Position numbers and translations under genes: made by a program. 64,000 nt of DNA. It comes from Gammaproteobacteria bacterium (GTDB taxonomy: Bacteria > Pseudomonadota > Gammaproteobacteria > Eutrophobiales > Eutrophobiaceae). Below the pieces are notes generated by a model, which did no database searches, was not told the origin of the DNA, and saw nothing but the letters and a program-made list of their open reading frames with translations. Positions 1 to 13,765 of the stretch are shown here, piece by piece. Location: the NCBI GenBank assembly GCA_965222155.1, contig CBDCTH010000012.1, positions 2,496,001-2,560,000 of the forward strand. Direction: 5' to 3'. How positions within the stretch are numbered: the stretch's first letter is position 1; each line of letters begins with the position of its first letter.

Positions 1-27
1 ATTTTTCGAGAAATCATAAAAAAAGTT

Positions 28-55
28 TTGACAAACTAAAGCAATTAGCTATAGT
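28..55 (+). promoter_or_regulatory. Putative sigma70 promoter of the relE/higA-like operon with overlapping inverted-repeat operator
   Basis: TTGACA (28-33), 16 nt spacer, TATAGT (50-55); AAACTA...TAGTTT inverted repeat overlaps it; ACTAAAGCAAT is repeated at the start codon. Confidence 0.55.
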
Positions 56-75
56 TTTCATAAAGGACTAAAGCA

Positions 76-333
76 ATGTATCAGTTAATTATACGGAAAC
101 AAGCTATCAAGGCATTACAGGGTATGTTGGCCAGGGACTCCAGCCGAATTCGCGGTTTACTGGATACACTGGCGGAAGACCCTGATCGACGGGGCATTGG
201 TGTTAAGCCGTTACGGGGTCGTCAAGGTTTTCGGATGCGGGTAGGCGCTCACAGGGTGATTTTTGAGCGGGACGACGAAGCACATTTGATTGAAGTATTA
301 CATATTGGCCCACGAGGCGATGTTTATAAATAG
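76..333 (+). CDS. RelE/ParE-family toxin
   Basis: 85 aa; 'VKPLRGRQGFRMRVGAHRVIF...IGPRGDVYK' is a typical RelE pattern; upstream of an HTH gene. Confidence 0.85.
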   Translation: MYQLIIRKQAIKALQGMLARDSSRIRGLLDTLAEDPDRRGIGVKPLRGRQGFRMRVGAHRVIFERDDEAHLIEVLHIGPRGDVYK

Positions 334-344
334 GGGTGCATATT

Positions 345-734
345 ATGACCGAACCGCAAATTATTCTCGATAACAGGGGCAATCCGGCGTTTGCCGTAAT
401 CCCGTGGCGGGAGTATCAACATCTGACAGCGGGAAGTGCAGACACGATGCAAACCGACGAGGAGTTATACGACGAAGCAAAATCCGCCGGTGACGAAGCT
501 TTTCCCATTGAGGTGGCAGACCGTCTTCTGGCAGGGGAAAACCCGATCAAGGTATATCGCAGCCAGCGCGGCATGACGCAGAACCAACTGGCGGCAGCGG
601 TCAATATCAATGCGGTTTATCTGTCACAGATCGAAACCGGAAAACGCACCGGCTCGGCAAGAACCCTGGCCGCCATAGCCACCGCCCTGAATGTTGACGT
701 GGGTAATTTAATTTTGACTCATCGCTCGTCGTAA
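345..734 (+). CDS. XRE-family HTH antitoxin (HigA-like, toxin-first TA)
   Basis: 'NPIKVYRSQRGMTQNQLAAAVNINAVYLSQIETGKRTGS' HTH_3 motif; N-terminal 'PAFAVIPWREY'. Confidence 0.8.
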   Translation: MTEPQIILDNRGNPAFAVIPWREYQHLTAGSADTMQTDEELYDEAKSAGDEAFPIEVADRLLAGENPIKVYRSQRGMTQNQLAAAVNINAVYLSQIETGKRTGSARTLAAIATALNVDVGNLILTHRSS

Positions 735-837
735 TATATCCCTGGGATAAGTCAGGGTCTGTCTCCTTTTCTTCCGCGGATAGGACGCTCCTTGCCAGAT
801 TGACAGTATGCCAGAATTAAGTATTGTATCCCCAGAA

Positions 838-1025
838 CTAACTACGGATGTGCTCTAACAGAACCCTGTCTGAGTGCTTATCCTGCCTCATAAAGGCCGC
901 GCATCTTGAAGGATCCGTTCACGAAGCGCGGGGTGCAGGGTGCCCTCGGTCAGCACATCCACCTTTCGCTGCAGCAGATCCTGCGCATCACCCAGCAAAC
1001 CAGCCAGCGCCAGGCCGGTCATCAT
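838..1025 (-). pseudogene. Remnant MNT (nucleotidyltransferase) / HEPN-DUF86 toxin-antitoxin pair
   Basis: 888-1025(-) reads MMTGLALAGLLGDAQDLLQRKVDVLTEGTLHPALRERILQDARPL*, an MNT C-terminal half; ATGA overlap with 838-891(-) MRQDKHSDRVLLEHIRS*, a DUF86-like N-terminus that stops early. Confidence 0.65.
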
Positions 1026-1079
1026 AAATTTTTACAAACTATCAGCAAAAATTCCGAACGGCTCGTCACAGGAGATAGT

Positions 1080-1385
1080 TCAGCGCCCGGAGCGCGGCGG
1101 CAGCCGTTCTTCCAGCAGCGTTTCAATCCTCGCCAGGCGTTCGCTGTTCGCCGCGATGCTGTCGCGAGTGGCTGCGATGCTGTCGCGAGTGGCTGCGATG
1201 CCGTCGTGATTGGCTGCTATACCGGTGGCCAGCCACACGGTGGTAGCGATGTTGATCGCCACCAGCAGGCCTAATACCCACCGGACGGCCGGATCGCCGG
1301 CAGCGGTATTGGCCGCCGCGCGGGCCTGTTCATCGCTGACGTCCGGAATTCGCTTTAGTGCCTCGTACAGGTCGATCGTGCTCAT
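1080..1385 (-). CDS. Small membrane-anchored coiled-coil protein with heptad repeats
   Basis: One hydrophobic segment (VRWVLGLLVAINIATTVWL) followed by IAATRDS heptads. Confidence 0.6.
   Translation of the reverse strand: MSTIDLYEALKRIPDVSDEQARAAANTAAGDPAVRWVLGLLVAINIATTVWLATGIAANHDGIAATRDSIAATRDSIAANSERLARIETLLEERLPPRSGR
1153..1215. repeat. 21-bp tandem repeat x3 encoding heptads
   Basis: GCGATGCTGTCGCGAGTGGCT twice exactly, then GCGATGCCGTCGTGATTGGCT. Confidence 0.9.
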
Positions 1386-1462
1386 CTGTTCAGTTTAGCA
1401 CACGAGTTGTATGTTCGTCCTGATAAACCGCTGTCGGCGTGTATCGAACGTAATCATACCCA

Positions 1463-4153
1463 TCAGATCAAAAAATCCCCCGCCTCCGGCAGGACGGTCA
1501 GGCCCGCCAGCAGGAGGCTGCCGCCGCCGCTGTCGCTGAGGTCGATGGTCACGCCGTCAGCGCCGGTCGTCATGGTGAGCGCATCAATGCCCTCAATATC
1601 GAAGGCCGTGAGGTCCACGCTATCGGTGCCGCCGGCGAAATCCGTCACGGTGTCCGCGCCCTCCCCGGGACCGAATACGAACACGTCATCACCGGGACCG
1701 CCGGCCAGCCGGTCATCCCCGGGCCCGCCGCTGAGGGTATCATCGCCCTGCCCGCCGAACAGCCGGTCGTTACCCGGCCCGCCGGTCATGTCATCGTCAC
1801 CGCCGCCCGGGCCGCCGTACAGGGTGTCGTCACCCGCGCCCCCGTCGATGACATTGTCGCGCCGGTCGCCGGCCAGGATGTCAGCGTGGGCCGAGCCTGT
1901 CAGGCGCTCCACGTCCGGCAGGGAGTCGGTCTGCTCAACGCCGTCCGCATCCGTATAGGCGACGTCCACCAGACCGGGAAAGGTGTCGCCGGTGGCATCG
2001 CCCCCCGCAGCCACCAGACTGTGCAGGCGTACCGTCACGCCCTCAGGGGAACCAGTGTAGGAGACCGTGTCCTGCCCGGCCCCGCCGTAGACGCGATCGG
2101 AGCCCGGTCCACCGATAAGGGTGTCGTCGTCGCCGCTGCTCCAGAGGCCGTCATTGCCGGTGCCGCCCCGGAGCACGTTGTTGCCGGTATCGCCGCCGAA
2201 GGTATCGTTGTAGGCGGAGCCGATGAGGTTCTCGATGTTCGACAGCGTATCGCCTTCGGCATCGCCGCGCGCCCCTGCGCCGGTCAGGAGACGGACGGTC
2301 ACGCCCTCGCGGGAGCCGGAGTAAGACACCGTATCGATGCCGGCCCCGCCGTCCAGCGTGTCGGCGCCGGCGGCGCCTTCAAGGATATTGTCAGAGGCAT
2401 CGCCGCCGAAGGTATCGTTGTAGGCGGAGCCGATGAGGTTCTCGATGTTCGACAGCGTATCGCCTTCGGCATCGCCGCGCGCCCCTGCCCCGGCCAGCAG
2501 GCGCACGGTCACAGCGGCACTGGAGCCGGAATAAGACACCGTGTCGGTGCCGGCCCCGCCGTCCAGCGTGTCGGCGCCGGCGGCGCCTTCAAGGATATTG
2601 TCAGAGGCATCGCCAACCAGGGTGTCATTGTGCGCGGAGCCGGAGAGGTTTTCGATGGAGTCGAAGGTATCGCCTTGGGCATCGCCGCCGGTCGCGGTAT
2701 TGGTGCCCAGGTTGACGGTCACCGCGCCCGCGGAGGCGGCATACCCGGCCGCATCAGCGCCGGGACCGCCCACCAGCACGTCCGCGCCCGCCCCGCCCGT
2801 CAGCCGGTCGTTGCCAGGACCGCCGTCAAGCCGGTTGGCGCCGGCATCACCGTTGAGCACATCGTTATAGCGGGAACCCAGCAGGTTCTCGATACCGGCA
2901 ACGGTATCGCCGGCAGCGTGCCCACCGGTGGCCGTGCCGGTCAAGAGATTCACTGTGACTGCGGCGTGGGAGGCCGTATAGGATGCGGTATCCCTCCCGG
3001 CCCCGCCGTCCAGCGTGTCGGCGCCGGCGGCGCCTTCAAGGATATTGTCAGAGGCATCGCCGATCAGGGTGTCGGCGTGCGCGGAGCCTGAAAGGTTTTC
3101 GATGCTGGTGAAGGTGTCGCCTTGGGCGTCCCCGCCCGTAGCCGTGCCGTCAGACAAGTTGATGGTCACCGCGGTAGCGGAGCCGGTGTAGGCGGCGGTG
3201 TCACTGCCTTCGCTGCCGTCAAGGGTGTTTGCACCTGCGCGCCCTTCCAGCACGTTATCGGCCTCGTTGCCGGTAATGATGTCATCACCTGAACCGGCCA
3301 CGTAATTCTCAATTATCGTGTCGCGGGCAATCACCAGGTTGCCGCGAAGTCCGTAGACATCCGAGGCCGTCTCGGGCTGCAGGACCACGTGCTGGTTATC
3401 GGTGTCCGTGCTGAAATCCAGCGTGTCCTGCCCGCCGCTGTCGAACAGCGTAAAGGTGACGGGGCGATCAAGATTTCCCGCAGTTAAATCGGCGAAGAGC
3501 GCACCCAGGTGTCCGCCGACGCCGGAACCGACTCCGTACACCGTGTCGCCGCCACGCAGGGTGGGGACACCGTACTTATCATGCAGTGCAATAATATCGG
3601 CAATCATCGGCGTGACTGGAAGCGCAAAACTGGCGTCAAGGTTGGTGTTGCTGGTCTGAGAGAAATACGACATCGCTGATGCCTGCACGGAATCATTGGC
3701 AAACAAGTTGTCTTCACCGAATATGGGTAGATTTTCAGAATAAGGCCCTGGGTGGGCAAGACCTAGGGCATGACCGAGTTCGTGAACGAGGGTATCGAAT
3801 ACACCGCTGGTAATTCTCCCTTGACTTTCATTGATGCGGGCAGCAGGTATGTTGATTGTTACCGAAGTGATGATGCCGTTTTTGTGATCTACTTCCGCGA
3901 ATGGCGTGGCCCGCGCATCAGAAAAGTCGATATCAGTATCGTCGCTCTCAACCAGCTCAAAACGGATCCCGGTCACCTCGGTCCAGGCTTCCAGCGCACG
4001 CGTAGCCAGCAATTGGCCAGTCTCGCTCAGCGCAGACACATTAGCAGTCAGCATACCTCCAGTGGTCACTGGAAAAGCCATGCGCGACCAATACTCAGTC
4101 TCAACAATATGATTTGCAAGCTGGGTCAGAAGGTCGTGGTCAAAACGGTTCAT
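1463..4153 (-). CDS. Serralysin-like M10B zinc metalloprotease with extended RTX Ca2+-binding repeats (T1SS substrate)
   Basis: HELGHALGLAHP zinc motif, Met-turn SAMSY, TPMIADIIAL, many GGxGxDxL repeats, C-terminal ...DFLI signal. Confidence 0.9.
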   Translation of the reverse strand: MNRFDHDLLTQLANHIVETEYWSRMAFPVTTGGMLTANVSALSETGQLLATRALEAWTEVTGIRFELVESDDTDIDFSDARATPFAEVDHKNGIITSVTINIPAARINESQGRITSGVFDTLVHELGHALGLAHPGPYSENLPIFGEDNLFANDSVQASAMSYFSQTSNTNLDASFALPVTPMIADIIALHDKYGVPTLRGGDTVYGVGSGVGGHLGALFADLTAGNLDRPVTFTLFDSGGQDTLDFSTDTDNQHVVLQPETASDVYGLRGNLVIARDTIIENYVAGSGDDIITGNEADNVLEGRAGANTLDGSEGSDTAAYTGSATAVTINLSDGTATGGDAQGDTFTSIENLSGSAHADTLIGDASDNILEGAAGADTLDGGAGRDTASYTASHAAVTVNLLTGTATGGHAAGDTVAGIENLLGSRYNDVLNGDAGANRLDGGPGNDRLTGGAGADVLVGGPGADAAGYAASAGAVTVNLGTNTATGGDAQGDTFDSIENLSGSAHNDTLVGDASDNILEGAAGADTLDGGAGTDTVSYSGSSAAVTVRLLAGAGARGDAEGDTLSNIENLIGSAYNDTFGGDASDNILEGAAGADTLDGGAGIDTVSYSGSREGVTVRLLTGAGARGDAEGDTLSNIENLIGSAYNDTFGGDTGNNVLRGGTGNDGLWSSGDDDTLIGGPGSDRVYGGAGQDTVSYTGSPEGVTVRLHSLVAAGGDATGDTFPGLVDVAYTDADGVEQTDSLPDVERLTGSAHADILAGDRRDNVIDGGAGDDTLYGGPGGGDDDMTGGPGNDRLFGGQGDDTLSGGPGDDRLAGGPGDDVFVFGPGEGADTVTDFAGGTDSVDLTAFDIEGIDALTMTTGADGVTIDLSDSGGGSLLLAGLTVLPEAGDFLI

Positions 4154-4490
4154 GGTGATTGTCCCCTTTACGAGTTATGTTCATTTCTGGTGTATGAGCT
4201 TAGTAGTGATGTGGTGCGCCCGGCATTGTAGACTTGTTCTTTAACGAAGACAACAAGCAGTTCCAACCCTGTTTGTATTGCTGTTTACATGAGAGTGTGA
4301 CCCCTGTTTGAAGTAGTTCGGCGAGACTATACAGGGATCATATAACCAGGCGTCTGGATGATGGCAAGGGATAACTCACCAGACAGGTGGGACGGAAGTT
4401 CACACTTGAACCGGTTTAGCTGGGGAAACGCGTACTTTAGTGGTTATAGTGTTGAAAACTCGATAAAAATATTTTTGTGCATCGCAACGA

Positions 4491-4519
4491 TTGATTTAAT
4501 ATGACAAGATAATTATAAT
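4491..4519 (+). promoter_or_regulatory. Putative sigma70 promoter of the atp operon
   Basis: TTGATT (4491-4496), 17 nt spacer, TATAAT (4514-4519), upstream of atpI. Confidence 0.6.
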
Positions 4520-4614
4520 TCCATAACTTTGCCCGTTGCCGTGGATAGAAATAACGACTGAACGGTCCGGTCCCTGGGCAAACAAAAATTTATAACACAC
4601 TTCTCATACAGGAG

Positions 4615-5016
4615 TTGTTCCGGTTGGACAAATTTTTAAAAACTCCATATAACAATGCTGTTCCGAACAGGATTGCATTGATACAAACAGGGCTTGCACT
4701 CTGTGCCGGCGCCGTGTTGTTACCGGCGCTGGGCGGTGTCGCGGCCTGCTCGGCCGTCCTTGCGGGTGGTATCAGTGCGCTGTCAACCTGGTATACGGGT
4801 AGAAAGGTGTTCGGCAGCAGGGCGAAGAGCACGCAGCAGTTTGTGAGGAACCTTTACCTGGCGCAATTTATGAAATTATTGCTGGTGATTGCGCTGTTCT
4901 GCATCGTGTTCTCGTCCTTACCGGTCAATTTTCCGGTGTTCGTGATCACCTATGCCGCGACGCTGGCGGTGTACGGTTGGGCCCTGGTGGTAAACGGGCG
5001 GACTGCGCGCGGTTAG
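4615..5016 (+). CDS. atpI: ATP synthase protein I
   Basis: Hydrophobic ~130 aa protein directly before atpB; 'LYLAQFMKLLL' motif; start uncertain. Confidence 0.85.
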   Translation: MFRLDKFLKTPYNNAVPNRIALIQTGLALCAGAVLLPALGGVAACSAVLAGGISALSTWYTGRKVFGSRAKSTQQFVRNLYLAQFMKLLLVIALFCIVFSSLPVNFPVFVITYAATLAVYGWALVVNGRTARG

Positions 5017-5045
5017 CCCGGTAAGAGGATAACAAGGAGAACTGA

Positions 5046-6196
<1,151 letters not shown>

Positions 6197-6201
6197 GCTG
6201 G

Positions 6202-6672
6202 ATGAGCATTAACCTGACCTTGCTCGGCCAGGCGATCTCGCTGTTTATTTTCGTCTGGTTTTGTATGAAATACGTCTGGCCGCCAATCATCAATGCCCTG
6301 CACGAGCGCGAGAAGCGCATAGCCGACGGGCTGGCCGCAGCCGAAGCCGGACAGAATAAACTGGTGGAAGCGGACCAGCGCTTGTCGGAACTGGTCGACG
6401 AGGGTAAACAGCATGCCAATGAGATCATCGCCCAGGCACAAAAACGCGGCAACGAGATACTGGAAGAGGCGAAGCACGCGGCCAGGGTGGAAGGCGAACG
6501 ATTGGTTGAAGCGGCCCATGCCGAGATTGAACGGGAACGTACGCAAGCCAGGGACCAGTTACGACAGGAGGTGGCTGTACTGGCATTGACCGGCGCAGAA
6601 CGGATCCTTATGCGCGAAGTCGACAAAAATGCGCATGACGAAATATTGGCCAGGTTAGGCGCAGAGTTATAA
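6202..6672 (+). CDS. atpF: F0 subunit b
   Basis: [37 protein letters not shown]. Confidence 0.98.
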   Translation: MSINLTLLGQAISLFIFVWFCMKYVWPPIINALHEREKRIADGLAAAEAGQNKLVEADQRLSELVDEGKQHANEIIAQAQKRGNEILEEAKHAARVEGERLVEAAHAEIERERTQARDQLRQEVAVLALTGAERILMREVDKNAHDEILARLGAEL

Positions 6673-6682
6673 GTTCCGCAAG

Positions 6683-7222
6683 ATGCTTGAGAATTCAACT
6701 ATTGCCAGGCCGTATGCCACCGCCGTGTTTGAGTTGGCGCAGGAAACGGGTCAGGTCGAGGCATGGTCGGCCATGCTGGGGTTACTGGGTGTGCTTACGT
6801 CCGATAAGGATATGCGCCAACTGATCGCCAATCCCAAAGTCAGCCGCCAACAGCTTCAGGACCTTGTTTTCGATGTATGCGGCGCCGGACTCTCCGATCT
6901 CGGGCGCAACCTGGTCAAGCTCCTGGTTGGGGCGGGCCGCCTGCAATACACGGCCAATATAAAAGATCAGTATGAACAGATGCGCGCGGCCGCAGAGGGC
7001 AAAGTGGACGTGGAGGTTGTGACGGCTTATACGTTGGACCGGCAACAACAGGACAGTATTGCCGAACTCATAGCAGGACGCCTGGGTAAACAGGTAAACG
7101 TCATCACTTCGGTTGATGGTTCATTAATCGGCGGGGCTATTCTCCGTGCCGGCGACTCGGTCATAGACGCGTCCCTGCGCGGCCGCTTGACCGAATTGCG
7201 GAATGAACTTGTCCGCAGATGA
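6683..7222 (+). CDS. atpH: F1 subunit delta
   Basis: TIARPYA, LIGGAILRAGDSVIDAS. Confidence 0.97.
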   Translation: MLENSTIARPYATAVFELAQETGQVEAWSAMLGLLGVLTSDKDMRQLIANPKVSRQQLQDLVFDVCGAGLSDLGRNLVKLLVGAGRLQYTANIKDQYEQMRAAAEGKVDVEVVTAYTLDRQQQDSIAELIAGRLGKQVNVITSVDGSLIGGAILRAGDSVIDASLRGRLTELRNELVRR

Positions 7223-7309
7223 CGCAGATGAACGCAGATAAATACTGTAAACAAGACGACATATACCACCAGACATATTTCATCTGCGGTAATCTGCGTC
7301 ATCTGCGGA
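7212..7309. repeat. Inverted-repeat element built from CGCAGAT units, between atpH and atpA
   Basis: TCCGCAGATGACGCAGATGAACGCAGAT ... ATCTGCGGTAATCTGCGTCATCTGCGGA; contains the atpH stop codon. Confidence 0.8.
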
Positions 7310-7331
7310 TATAACTAAATGAGGAATAACG

Positions 7332-8873
<1,542 letters not shown>

Positions 8874-8908
8874 CAGGCGGTAACGGGGAATAGACTTGGA
8901 GAAAACAA

Positions 8909-9772
8909 GTGGCAGTAGGTAAAGAAATCCGCACCAAGATCGCCAGTGTAAAAAACACGCAGAAGATCACCAAGGCGATGGAAATGGTAGCCGCAAGCAA
9001 AATGCGCAAGGCGCAGGAACGCATGCGCGCGGCGCGGCCCTATGCCGATAAAATCCGCAACGTGATCGCGCATCTGGGCGCGGCCAACCCTGAATATAAA
9101 CACCCGTATCTCACTCCCCGAGAGAAAATCAAGCGCATCGGGCTGGTGATAATTTCAACCGATCGCGGCCTCTGTGGAGGACTTAATTCAAACCTGTATC
9201 GGGAAGTGCTCGGAAAAATGAAGCAATGGGATGATGCAGGGATCAGTATTGATCTCAGCATCATAGGCAATAAGGCAGTGGGCTATTTCCGGCGGCTGGG
9301 AGCAAACATCGTTGCCCAGACGACCCATATCGGCGATTCACCCGGACTGGATACCTTGATCGGCGCCATCAAAGTGATGCTGGATGCCTACCAGGAACAG
9401 AAAATCGATGAGTTGTATATCGTGTCCAATCAATTCATCAATTCCATGACACAGAGACCGACGGTGGAACAACTGATCCCGATCCGTTCCCTGAGTGATG
9501 ATGAAGTGAAGCATTACTGGGATTACATCTATGAACCCGATGCCAGGGAGGTGCTCGACCAGTTATTGCTGCGTTACGTGGAATCCCTGATTTACCAGGG
9601 GGTAGTGGAAAATATTGCCTGTGAACAGGCGGCCCGTATGGTTGCCATGAAAAGCGCTTCCGATAACGCCGGCACCCTGATTGATGAATTGCAGTTGATT
9701 TATAACAAGGCACGCCAGGCCGCGATTACCCAGGAAATCTCGGAGATCGTCGGCGGCGCGGCTGCTGTGTGA
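8909..9772 (+). CDS. atpG: F1 subunit gamma
   Basis: [42 protein letters not shown]. Confidence 0.99.
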   Translation: MAVGKEIRTKIASVKNTQKITKAMEMVAASKMRKAQERMRAARPYADKIRNVIAHLGAANPEYKHPYLTPREKIKRIGLVIISTDRGLCGGLNSNLYREVLGKMKQWDDAGISIDLSIIGNKAVGYFRRLGANIVAQTTHIGDSPGLDTLIGAIKVMLDAYQEQKIDELYIVSNQFINSMTQRPTVEQLIPIRSLSDDEVKHYWDYIYEPDAREVLDQLLLRYVESLIYQGVVENIACEQAARMVAMKSASDNAGTLIDELQLIYNKARQAAITQEISEIVGGAAAV

Positions 9773-9817
9773 GATGGCGTTTTAATAATGTGCCGCCTGG
9801 GGCGGTGAGTTGTTTTA

Positions 9818-9912
9818 CTGGATTCCTGCTTTCGCAGGAATGGTAACCGGGGTATGTGCTGGAATGGCGCAGGTTATTTCCGTCGCCATGCCGGGCTTGA
9901 CCCGGCATCCAG
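9818..9912. repeat. REP/RPE-like palindromes (ATTCC-N-GGAAT type) in the atpG-atpD spacer
   Basis: CTGGATTCCTGCTTTCGCAGGAATG and ATGCCGGGCTTGACCCGGCAT; same units recur near 12316, 15651, 54725 and 54790. Confidence 0.8.
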
Positions 9913-9940
9913 ACTGATGATGTGTCGTCGCAGACGGTAG

Positions 9941-11413
<1,473 letters not shown>

Positions 11414-11417
11414 ACTA

Positions 11418-11790
11418 TAGCCCGTATTTCTCACCAGGTCGCTTGTTGCTATCGGATACATGTTTGCTTTAATGAGTTATGACAACCTTTTGACTATGTC
11501 AACATTACGAACTGCGCTTGATGCGCCCTCGCTTGTCTTTTTTGCGCCAATGGGCATGTGTTCATTGCGCCCATCCCCCTGCTCAACTCCATACAGAGCT
11601 TGCCCCTGCGGTTGTAAGCAGGGGGGCAGGCTCTGGGGCGCAACCCTGCGGGCGGCTGTCGCCGTGCAAATTGTCTGTCCTGACAATTTGTCCCTCAACC
11701 AGAGTCCCAGCTATGCTTTCGGTCGCAGGCACCCATTGGCGCAAAAAATCCGGCGCGATCTTCGCATCACCTGATGAGAAATACGGGCTA
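11418..11790. mobile_element. MITE with 22-bp terminal inverted repeats (TA-flanked) carrying an internal inverted-repeat segment
   Basis: TAGCCCGTATTTCTCACCAGGT ... ACCTGATGAGAAATACGGGCTA; inner IR TTTTTTGCGCCAATGGG (11538-11554) / CCCATTGGCGCAAAAAA (11732-11748); related short copy at 22935-23063. Confidence 0.85.
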
Positions 11791-11793
11791 ATT

Positions 11794-12219
11794 ATGGCTA
11801 CCATACACGTTGATATCGTCAGCGCGGAAAAGGAAATCTTTTCCGGAGAGGCGGCAATGGTCTTTGCCCCGGCAATACTGGGGGAGGTGGGCATCGCACC
11901 GGGCCATACGCCACTGGTCACGCAACTTGCCCCGGGCGAAGTCCGCATTAAACATGACAACGGCGAGGAAGAAGGCTTTTATGTCTCCGGCGGTATGCTG
12001 GAGGTCCAGCCGGACGTCGTAACGGTGCTCTCGGATACGGCAATGCGGGCCGAGGACCTGGACGAGGCGGCGGTACTCAGGGCCAGGGAGGAGGCGGAAC
12101 ACGAGCTGCACGACCGCGATGCGAATATGGATTATGCAATGGCCCTGGCAAAAAACGCGGAAGCCGTAGCGCAATTACAGGCGATTCGCCGGATGCGTAA
12201 ACGGACGGGACGCGCTTAG
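11794..12219 (+). CDS. atpC: F1 subunit epsilon
   Basis: [39 protein letters not shown]. Confidence 0.97.
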   Translation: MATIHVDIVSAEKEIFSGEAAMVFAPAILGEVGIAPGHTPLVTQLAPGEVRIKHDNGEEEGFYVSGGMLEVQPDVVTVLSDTAMRAEDLDEAAVLRAREEAEHELHDRDANMDYAMALAKNAEAVAQLQAIRRMRKRTGRA

Positions 12220-12315
12220 ACAAGCTATTTGTTAATATTTTTGTTCCTCCCCCTGCACTGCTACAATTACTCTATGGGTACAGGGCAAGCGCATACTGTA
12301 GAATCCAGCCTGTCT

Positions 12316-12341
12316 TCATTCCGGCGAATGCCGGAATCCAG
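12316..12341. repeat. REP-like palindrome
   Basis: TCATTCCGGCGAATGCCGGAATCCAG. Confidence 0.7.
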
Positions 12342-12400
12342 TCGAAACAAATGATTCCTTTTATTGAGCAGGGCGCAATCAATTCCGCGCAGACAGCGTC

Positions 12401-13765
12401 ATGCCCCTGAGCGCCGTTATTCTCGCTGCCGGGAAGGGCAAGCGTATGCGCTCCTCCCTGCCGAAGGTGATGCACTCCCTGGCAGGCAAAACCTTGCTGG
12501 CGCATGTGTTTCATACTGCCGGTCTCCTATCGTGTGATGAGGTCTATATCGTCTACGGGAACGAGGGGGATCGGGTACGCGCAGCCCATGAAGCGTTCGA
12601 TGCCCGCTGGGTCAGGCAGGAACGGCAGTTGGGAACAGGCCATGCCGTACTACAGGTAATCGATTCCATTCCTGCCTTCCATCACGTTATCGTGCTCTAC
12701 GGCGACGTACCGCTGATTACCGAGCATACCTTGGCAACTCTTGTGGAAACAGCTGGTGAAACCGGGTTCGGCCTCCTGACCTCGCAGCTTAATGATCCGA
12801 CGGGCTACGGCCGAATAGTGCGGGACGACACCGGCGATATCCTGAGAATCGTCGAGGAGAGGGATGCAGATGACCGGGAGAAATTGCTGTGCGAGATCAA
12901 TACCGGGATGATGGTTGTACGCGCCGACCTGCTGAAAAATTGGCTGGGCATGTTGACCGATGACAACGCCCAGAAGGAATACCTGCTGACGGACATTGTC
13001 GGGCACGCCGTCAGTGAGGAAGTCGGCGTTCGGTCCACAAGCCCGGCTTCGGTCATGGAGATAAAAGGGGTGAATGACCTGGCCCAGTTAGCCGAGTTGG
13101 AAAGACATTACCAGCTTGTGCAGGCCAGGAAGCTGATGAGATGGGGAGTGGCCCTGGCCGACCCTGCCCGGTTCGACCTGCGCGGGGGCCTGAAAGTGGG
13201 AGAGGACGTCTTCATCGATATAAACGTCGTCATCGAAGGGGATGTCAGTATAGGTAATCATGTCTCAATCGGGCCTAACTGCGTCATCCGGGATACACAA
13301 ATCGGTGATGGGGCGACAATCTTCGCCAATTGTGTTATCGATAATGCCGTCATCGGTAATAATAACAGGATAGGGCCTTTTGCCAGGATGCGCCCCGGTT
13401 CAAGACTGGACCAAGACGTGCATATCGGTAATTTCGTTGAAATTAAAAAAGCGGATATCGGCCAGGGCACGAAAGCCAACCACCTTAGCTATATCGGTGA
13501 CGCCGAGGTCGGCGAACGGGTTAACGTCGGCGCCGGGACGATCACCTGTAATTACGACGGGGTTGACAAACATAAAACCGTCATCGGCAACGATGTCTTT
13601 ATCGGCTCTAATACCGAACTCATCGCCCCCCTCAGAATAAACGACGGCGCTACTATTGCCGCCGGCGCCACGGTTTCCAAAGACGTGGAAGCCGACGCTC
13701 TGGCAATGAGCAAGCGGGAAAGCAAAATCGTAAGCGGTTGGAAGCACTACAGGCGGAACAAATGA
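12401..13765 (+). CDS. glmU: Bifunctional UDP-GlcNAc pyrophosphorylase / glucosamine-1-P acetyltransferase
   Basis: ILAAGKGKRM..PKV, QLGTGHAV, hexapeptide repeats, HLSYIGDA, TCNYDG; conserved position after atpC. Confidence 0.98.
   Translation: MPLSAVILAAGKGKRMRSSLPKVMHSLAGKTLLAHVFHTAGLLSCDEVYIVYGNEGDRVRAAHEAFDARWVRQERQLGTGHAVLQVIDSIPAFHHVIVLYGDVPLITEHTLATLVETAGETGFGLLTSQLNDPTGYGRIVRDDTGDILRIVEERDADDREKLLCEINTGMMVVRADLLKNWLGMLTDDNAQKEYLLTDIVGHAVSEEVGVRSTSPASVMEIKGVNDLAQLAELERHYQLVQARKLMRWGVALADPARFDLRGGLKVGEDVFIDINVVIEGDVSIGNHVSIGPNCVIRDTQIGDGATIFANCVIDNAVIGNNNRIGPFARMRPGSRLDQDVHIGNFVEIKKADIGQGTKANHLSYIGDAEVGERVNVGAGTITCNYDGVDKHKTVIGNDVFIGSNTELIAPLRINDGATIAAGATVSKDVEADALAMSKRESKIVSGWKHYRRNK

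Noticed and set aside
1886-3091. 401-aa plus-strand ORF and similar long antisense ORFs over istA, atpD and priA
   Set aside because: Shadow frames of GC-rich genes on the opposite strand with no recognisable motifs.
4475-4489. TTGTGCATCGCAAC dyad upstream of the atp promoter as a regulator site
   Set aside because: Single short imperfect dyad; cannot be assigned to a factor from sequence alone.
7212-7309. CRISPR array or tRNA in the atp spacers and other repeat regions
   Set aside because: Repeats are inverted or palindromic with no repeat-spacer periodicity or cloverleaf; no cas genes; I saw no rRNA or tRNA in the window.
11518-11793. N-terminal extension of AtpC in the ORF track (233 aa)
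   Set aside because: It is an open frame through the MITE; the canonical epsilon sequence starts at 11794.
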